Assembly (NCBI GenBank): GCA_037200685.1
Contig: JBBCIG010000005.1
Span: forward strand, 126,769-150,768
Direction of reading: 5' to 3'
DNA from: Chitinophagaceae bacterium
GTDB taxonomy: Bacteria > Bacteroidota > Bacteroidia > Chitinophagales > Chitinophagaceae
Length of the DNA: 24,000 nucleotides
The position numbers and the translations under genes are program-made. Below the pieces are notes generated by a model, which was given only the letters and a program-made list of their open reading frames with translations, made no database searches and had not been told where the DNA came from. Shown here in pieces: positions 18,924-24,000 of this stretch (its first letter is position 1; the number at the start of each line of letters is the position of its first letter).

Positions 18924-19267
18924 GAATACTATTAACAGCAAAGACCTGCTACATCATCAGTCTTTTTATAAATAATAAATAGAGAGAATTCTATTTTTTT
19001 TGGATTATTATCCAGTATGTTTTAGGTATTCATATTATTCCTTTACATCTGCATATTCGAACCACATTAATTTTTTCGATTTGCTTTTTAACCTTGTCGC
19101 AATGTCTACCTATCCAGGAGCCTCCCTTCATTTAACTATCGTTTATCGACATGCATTCACAAATAGTGAATACAGCAGAAATTAAAAAGTATAAAAGTGG
19201 TGAAGCGATAAGATAAATTATGATTTAATAAAACAATTTAGCCCTACCAAGTTAAAACCTGTCCTTT

Positions 19268-21904
19268 ATGAAAAAACAATTACTACTATTTTTTACTTTC
19301 AGTTTGTTACTTTCAGCATTTAGCGTAAATGCCCAAACCTGCTCACCCGACCCCAACGGCTGCACCGATTACAGCAATGCTTTTTTAAACAGCACTACGG
19401 CTGCCACGCTGGAGTATGATAATGTAGTATCCATGTTTCACAGCAGCGGCGTACGTAGTAATGATGGTACCTGGATGGTTTGGGGAGAAGGTATAGCAAG
19501 TGATGGCGTAAGCAATATCTTAATTCCACAAGCCATTAACAGTACCAATTACCCGGGGCTTACCGGCACTGTATTAAAATTTACCGCCGGCAGTTTCCAA
19601 TCAAATAGCGGGCAAAACATAGTATTAACTACTACAGGCCTGTTTGTATGGGGCACTACAGGCACGGTACTAAGCAGTTCACTTGTTGCTACCACCGCAT
19701 TCCAGCCATTAACAGTAAATGGCAATGCTACTGGCCTTCCTGCAGGTGTTAGCCCATCGCAGGTAAAAATGATATTTGCAACATATCAAACACTTGCTAT
19801 AGTTACCTGCGGCGGTGCAGGCTATGTCCTTGCACAAAACCCATTTTTCCAGGGAGACGGGTCTGCCGGAAATTCTCTTATCTGGCACCAGGTTTTAAAT
19901 ACTTCCTCTGTGGCTGTAACCGGCATTGTAGCCATCCGCGGATGTGGTAATGCCTTAATGCTTCTTACCAGCGGTGGCGCTGTTCGTACCTGGGGCCGGC
20001 GAATATATCTTGGGAATGGAACAGCCGTCTCAAGCGGTACCAGGTCAGTTGCAATGACGCTACCCGCCGGTGTTACCATTAAAATGATTGGTTGTACGGG
20101 TAGTTATTCTCAACCAACTGTTGCCTATTATTTGTTGGCTACCAATGGCAACCTGTATTGTATGGGCGATAACGGCGATTTACAATTGGGTGATTTTACT
20201 ACTACTGCCCGGACAGGCTGGGCGCAGCCCTTGCTATCCGCAGGGGGCAGCACTATTCCAAATATAGCATGGATAGCTCCCAACGGGCATGATGGCGGCA
20301 GTAGCGGTACTATTAATAACTCCATTAATGTGCTTACTACTAACGGTACTCTGTATGCCTGGGGTGATGATGATGCCCAAATGTTGGGCGGACCCGTCGG
20401 CAATGCACCTATGAATCCTACTGCACAGCCGGGCGGACTCCTGGCTACAGACCAGGTCATAGCTGTGTCAACAGGGGGGCATTTTAGCATGATATGGAAA
20501 AAATGCACCAGCAATTTTGCCTTTGCAGGGCATAGAACAAATGGTAGTGCTGCCAGTGGCAGTGCTGCAGGCGCTGTTATTGGGACTTATGATTTTTCAT
20601 CAACGTTAAACACTTTTTCTATATGTACTGAACCAATAATACCAACATTAACCGCCAGTACAAGCAGCATTTGCCAGGGCTCTGCTACTGTACTTACACC
20701 CGGCCCGGCAGGCGGCACGTTTAGTGTGCTTAGCGCAAATGCAACCATGGCGGGAAATACGGCTACAATTACTGCCGTTGATACGGTGCAAATACAATAT
20801 ACTTATACACCCAGCGGTTGCGCCGTGGTAGATACACTTTACCAGTACGATTATGGCAATCTTACCACAGCCACATGGCCCATTGCCAATGCATCTGCAT
20901 TGGCAACCAATGCAGCCTGGTTGGGTAACATTTCACCAAATACAGATTGCGGCACCAATACATCAGATGCTGCAGATGGATTTACTATTGCCAATGCCAT
21001 TAGTGGCGGCGGCACACAGGCAAGCCCGTGGATATTACGTGGCGCTAATAATTATACATTCCAGGTAACAGTTAATGGCAGTGGCACAGCCAAACCGGTT
21101 TACTGGGCGGTATGGTATGATGTAAACAGCAATGGAAATTTTACCGATGCAGAGGATTTTTTTCAAACAGGAAATATCAATCACGGCAGTCCTGTCAATA
21201 CTTCTTTTAGTGTTACTGTACCAACAACGGGTACAGCGGCAGGCGCCAGCGCCGGAAAAATAAGAATAATAGGCGCTGCAACCAATCCAACATTTGCGAA
21301 AGCTATGAACGGCACAGGAAGTTTTGTAAATGGTGAAGTAGAGGATTATTATGTAAGTTATCCCATCCTGTTACCGTTAACACTTACAAATTTTACTGCA
21401 AGCAAACAAATCAATCATTCATTATTAAACTGGCAAACTGCCAGTGAGCAAAACACAAAAGATTTTATAATAGAAAGAAGTGCTAACGGGAACAACTATG
21501 TTTCCCTTGGTACAATAGCAGCCGCAGGCAACAGCACTTCAACCCGCAATTATTTTTTTACAGATAACAATCCCATCAGCGGCGCTAATTACTACCGCTT
21601 AAAAATGGTTGATATAGATGGCCATTTTAAATACAGTGATATACGGGTATTGAATTTTGGTAACGATGTAAACAATATCATTCTCACTTATCCCAATCCT
21701 GCAAAAGACAAACTAACGGTAACAGGTATCGAAGCAGGTATGCAGTTAAGATTGATGAACAATGTTGGGCAGCAGTTGACAAATATTTTATCAACCGGAA
21801 ACACCATGCAGGTAGATGTAAGCAAATATGCATCGGGCATTTACATCTTACAAATAGTAAGTAAAGATGAAGTGGTGAAGAATGTTAAGATAATTAAGAA
21901 TTAA
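19268..21904 (+). CDS. Secreted RCC1-like repeat protein with GEVED-type domain and T9SS type A C-terminal sorting signal
   Basis: 878 aa; signal peptide MKKQLLLFFTFSLLLSAFSVNAQ; repeated TxGxLYxWGxNxxxQLG-like units; NYTFQVTVNG..VYWAVWYDVNSNGNFTDAEDFF..GEVEDYYV; C-term ILTYPNPAKDKLTVTG..ASGIYILQIVSKDEVVKNVKIIKN. Confidence 0.88.
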   Translation: MKKQLLLFFTFSLLLSAFSVNAQTCSPDPNGCTDYSNAFLNSTTAATLEYDNVVSMFHSSGVRSNDGTWMVWGEGIASDGVSNILIPQAINSTNYPGLTGTVLKFTAGSFQSNSGQNIVLTTTGLFVWGTTGTVLSSSLVATTAFQPLTVNGNATGLPAGVSPSQVKMIFATYQTLAIVTCGGAGYVLAQNPFFQGDGSAGNSLIWHQVLNTSSVAVTGIVAIRGCGNALMLLTSGGAVRTWGRRIYLGNGTAVSSGTRSVAMTLPAGVTIKMIGCTGSYSQPTVAYYLLATNGNLYCMGDNGDLQLGDFTTTARTGWAQPLLSAGGSTIPNIAWIAPNGHDGGSSGTINNSINVLTTNGTLYAWGDDDAQMLGGPVGNAPMNPTAQPGGLLATDQVIAVSTGGHFSMIWKKCTSNFAFAGHRTNGSAASGSAAGAVIGTYDFSSTLNTFSICTEPIIPTLTASTSSICQGSATVLTPGPAGGTFSVLSANATMAGNTATITAVDTVQIQYTYTPSGCAVVDTLYQYDYGNLTTATWPIANASALATNAAWLGNISPNTDCGTNTSDAADGFTIANAISGGGTQASPWILRGANNYTFQVTVNGSGTAKPVYWAVWYDVNSNGNFTDAEDFFQTGNINHGSPVNTSFSVTVPTTGTAAGASAGKIRIIGAATNPTFAKAMNGTGSFVNGEVEDYYVSYPILLPLTLTNFTASKQINHSLLNWQTASEQNTKDFIIERSANGNNYVSLGTIAAAGNSTSTRNYFFTDNNPISGANYYRLKMVDIDGHFKYSDIRVLNFGNDVNNIILTYPNPAKDKLTVTGIEAGMQLRLMNNVGQQLTNILSTGNTMQVDVSKYASGIYILQIVSKDEVVKNVKIIKN

Positions 21905-21947
21905 GAATTAAAAATTAGGAATTAAGAATTGTGTCCAATAGTTATAG

Positions 21948-21982
21948 AACACTTTAAATAATCAGAGTCTCAAAGCCCCTCT
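21948..21982 (+). repeat. 35-nt direct repeat, copy 1, upstream of ORF6N gene
   Basis: aacactttaaataatcagAgtctcaaagcccctct; one mismatch to 22735..22769; continues into a hairpin-like ..cccctcttctgatggagaagggttggggtgaggtt. Confidence 0.9.
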
Positions 21983-22052
21983 TCTGATGGAGAAGGGTTG
22001 GGGTGAGGTTAATTGCGAATGTATAAAAGAGTTCAAAATAATTCAGAGTCTG

Positions 22053-22078
22053 AAGTCCTCGCCAGCCGGCGGGGACTT
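22053..22078 (+). repeat. GC-rich hairpin immediately upstream of ORF6N start
   Basis: aagtcctcgcc-agcc-ggcggggactt, 11 pairs (one G-T); preceded by aataattcagagtctg, a degenerate version of the flanking repeat. Confidence 0.7.
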
Positions 22079-22097
22079 AGGGCTAAATATTAAGAAC

Positions 22098-22694
22098 ATG
22101 CAAATACTGCAAAGCATACAAAACAGGATTTACGAAATACGTGGCGAGCGGGTAATGCTTGACAGTGATTTGGCAGCATTATATGAAGTGGAGACGAAAC
22201 GTTTGACCGAGACTGTAAAACGTAACATAAAACGATTCCCCAAAGATTTCATGTTTCAGCTTACTAAAGAAGAATTTGAGGGTCTGCGGTCACAAATTGT
22301 GACCGCAGACACGGAAAATTCTTTAAAGTCACAAATTGCGACCTTAAATGAAAAAACTTCTTTGAGGTCGCAATTTGCGACCTCAAAGGGGAAGGGTGGA
22401 AATAGGTATTTACCCTACGCCTTCACCGAACAGGGTGTAGCCATGCTTAGCGGCATATTAAATTCTGATAAAGCAATCAGCATGAATATTTCCATCATGA
22501 GGGCTTTTGTAGAAACCAGGAAAATCATGTTCCGGCAAAATGACCTTAAAGAACAAATGAAAGAAATAAAGGAACGGCTGGGAGAGCATGATGTACAACT
22601 GAATAGTATATATGATGCAATAGAAAATCTGTTAGACGAAAAAGCAGCGCAAAGAAAATGGGATGACAGGGAAAGAATAGGATTTAAAAAATAA
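22098..22694 (+). CDS. ORF6N domain-containing protein (phage antirepressor-related DNA-binding family)
   Basis: ORF 21987..22694; Met at 22098 starts the family-like sequence MQILQSIQNRIYEIRGERVMLDSDLAALYEVETKRLTETVKRNIKRFPKDFMFQLTKEEFEGLRSQ..YLPYAFTEQGVAMLSGILNSDKAISMNISIMRAFVETRK. Confidence 0.9.
   Translation: MQILQSIQNRIYEIRGERVMLDSDLAALYEVETKRLTETVKRNIKRFPKDFMFQLTKEEFEGLRSQIVTADTENSLKSQIATLNEKTSLRSQFATSKGKGGNRYLPYAFTEQGVAMLSGILNSDKAISMNISIMRAFVETRKIMFRQNDLKEQMKEIKERLGEHDVQLNSIYDAIENLLDEKAAQRKWDDRERIGFKK
22282..22388 (+). repeat. Tandem array of three 29-nt palindromes, 39-nt period, in-frame inside the ORF6N gene
   Basis: Units 22282-22310 (14-bp perfect arms), 22321-22349 (13 usable pairs, 2 mismatched), 22360-22388 (14-bp perfect arms); single-nt centres at 22296, 22335, 22374; 10-nt spacers. 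Encodes LRSQIVTADTENS / LKSQIATLNEKTS / LRSQFATSKGKGG. Confidence 0.93.
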
Positions 22695-22734
22695 AGAGGA
22701 AAGGTATTGATAGTTGATAATTGTGAAGAATAAA

Positions 22735-22769
22735 AACACTTTAAATAATCAGGGTCTCAAAGCCCCTCT
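22735..22769 (+). repeat. 35-nt direct repeat, copy 2, downstream of ORF6N gene
   Basis: aacactttaaataatcagGgtctcaaagcccctct; 34/35 identical to copy 1; repeat unit continues to about 22819 with ..ggttggggtgaggtc. Confidence 0.9.
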
Positions 22770-22834
22770 CCTTAAGGAGAGAGCCTGTCCCGATTTTTCG
22801 GGAGGTTGGGGTGAGGTCTAAAAACAAACTCATA

Positions 22835-23506
22835 GTGAAATACAAATTATTTTTATGCTGTTTTTTATTTATGCCGCCGGCAATATTTTCTGCCCGGGCA
22901 TGCCGTGTACAGCAAAGAGAAATTAAGGCAGCATTTGGCACAGCGCTGCACATTGCCTGTATGCCTGCGCTACATAATGCCGTAACCTGGCAGCTATACA
23001 GCGCTGTCGGAAAAAAAATGCTTCAAGGCAACGGTACGCAGATTGATTACACATTCAACATCCCGGGTAAATATTTTGCGGTTTTCAACCAGCCGCTTCC
23101 AGAAAAAATAAACCCCAATGAAGATGATGATAACCTGCAGGCCAGCGACACTTCCTTCATAGAAATATTTTCCACTCAAATGTTATTTGATTTCAGCCGG
23201 CTAAGTTTATCAGGCATAATAAAAAAAGGAAAACCGGCAAACAACATCATTATCAGGGTGCCGGTACAGGTACATATATACAATGCTGCCGCAATAGTCT
23301 ATGCCCCGGACACAGTACGCACAGCAGGCGTAGGAACAAACATAACAGCAACCATTGTTCAAAAAAATATAAAGCTGAAAAACGGCATCAACTGGTTAAC
23401 GTATAAGTTAAGCGGTACTGCCCGGGAAGAAGCATACATCATGTTTGATTTTAAAGATATAAATAAACAGGTTCAGTCATATTCATTATTAACAAAAGTG
23501 AAATAA
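22835..23506 (+). CDS. Hypothetical secreted protein
   Basis: ORF 22811..23506 with no upstream ATG; GTG at 22835 gives (M)KYKLFLCCFLFMPPAIFSARA signal peptide; alternatives are GTG 22811 (inside the repeat) or ATG 22871. Confidence 0.6.
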   Translation: MKYKLFLCCFLFMPPAIFSARACRVQQREIKAAFGTALHIACMPALHNAVTWQLYSAVGKKMLQGNGTQIDYTFNIPGKYFAVFNQPLPEKINPNEDDDNLQASDTSFIEIFSTQMLFDFSRLSLSGIIKKGKPANNIIIRVPVQVHIYNAAAIVYAPDTVRTAGVGTNITATIVQKNIKLKNGINWLTYKLSGTAREEAYIMFDFKDINKQVQSYSLLTKVK

Positions 23507-23535
23507 AAAACATCCAGCATATTAAAATCTTTTTT

Positions 23536-24000
23536 ATGAAAAAAAATTACATCTATTTCCTGCTGCTGATTACAGCGACTATTATTGGTATAACTAAAAG
23601 TAATGCACAAACCTGCACGCCCGACCCCAACGGCTGCACCGATTACAGCAATGCTTTTTTAAACAGCACTACTGCCGGCACGCTGGAATATGATAACCTG
23701 GTATCCACGTTTCATGCTACCGGCGCACGCCGCAGCGATGGCACATGGATGGTTTGGGGAGAAACTATAGCAAATGATGGCATAAGTAATGTCTTAGTTC
23801 CACAACCCATTAATGTTGCCAATTACCCGACGCTTACCGGCAACGTATTAAAATTTACAGCTAGCAGTATTGGACCGGGTAATGGACAGTATATACTATT
23901 AACTACTACAGGTTTGTTTGTATGGGGGCGTGCTAACGGCCTTTCAATACTAAGCAGTACATTCACCCCCTCCACCGCATTTCAAAAGCTAACAGTAAAC
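23536..24000 (+). CDS. RCC1-like secreted protein, paralogue of 19268..21904, truncated by right window edge
   Basis: Open frame from ATG 23536 to the window end: MKKNYIYFLLLITATIIGITKSNAQTCTPDPNGCTDYSNAFLNSTTAGTLEYDNLVSTFHATGARRSDGTWMVWGETIANDGISNVLVPQPINVANYP..., collinear with the N-terminus of the 19268 protein. Confidence 0.88.
   Translation, partial: MKKNYIYFLLLITATIIGITKSNAQTCTPDPNGCTDYSNAFLNSTTAGTLEYDNLVSTFHATGARRSDGTWMVWGETIANDGISNVLVPQPINVANYPTLTGNVLKFTASSIGPGNGQYILLTTTGLFVWGRANGLSILSSTFTPSTAFQKLTVN

Noticed and set aside
20128-20514. 128-aa minus-strand ORF, and 19822..20079 minus
   Set aside because: Antisense to the RCC1-like gene, no independent support.
21895-21931. AT-rich aagaattaagaattaaaaattaggaattaagaatt tract after the RCC1-like gene
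   Set aside because: Simple AT-rich direct repetition common in such genomes; could mark the outer edge of the repeat-bounded cassette, but no support beyond low complexity.
21987-22097. N-terminal extension of the ORF6N ORF
   Set aside because: These codons translate the intergenic repeat and hairpin (MEKGWGEVNCEC..SSPAGGDLGLN); the family-like protein begins at ATG 22098.
22282-22388. Possible CRISPR-like array (29-nt repeats, regular spacing)
   Set aside because: Spacers are only 10 nt, repeats are not identical, the array lies in frame within an ORF6N gene, and no cas genes are present. Reported instead as a palindromic in-gene array.

Overview
Chromosomal window from a Bacteroidota bacterium, probably Chitinophagaceae-like (inferred from T9SS sorting tails, SusC/TonB-style and beta-propeller sensor architectures, and TAnnTTTG-type promoters). 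Left part (minus strand): PQQ-dependent glucose dehydrogenase-like lipoprotein (cut by the window edge), Tat-leader mannonate dehydratase, and an outer-membrane beta-barrel/TonB receptor; then a GH43 glycosidase (+), a cluster of palindromic intergenic repeats, a pyridoxamine-5'-phosphate-oxidase-like protein, a DUF1349-like secreted protein, a DUF6807/PmoA-like secreted protein, small proteins, SemiSWEET, and a large-subunit catalase. Right part: a receiver-only protein lacking the canonical phosphoacceptor Asp, a LuxR-type response regulator, a beta-propeller sensor histidine kinase, an RCC1-like/GEVED/T9SS secreted protein, an ORF6N-domain gene flanked by near-identical 35-nt direct repeats, a small secreted protein, and the start of a paralogue of the RCC1-like protein. 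The most interesting signal is inside the ORF6N gene: three palindromes centred exactly 39 nt apart (22296, 22335, 22374). The arms differ between units but stay self-complementary, giving an in-frame 13-aa repeat. A second signal is a pair of inverted intergenic repeats at 6515-6630 whose stems differ by three compensatory base-pair changes. No rRNA, tRNA or CRISPR was recognised.
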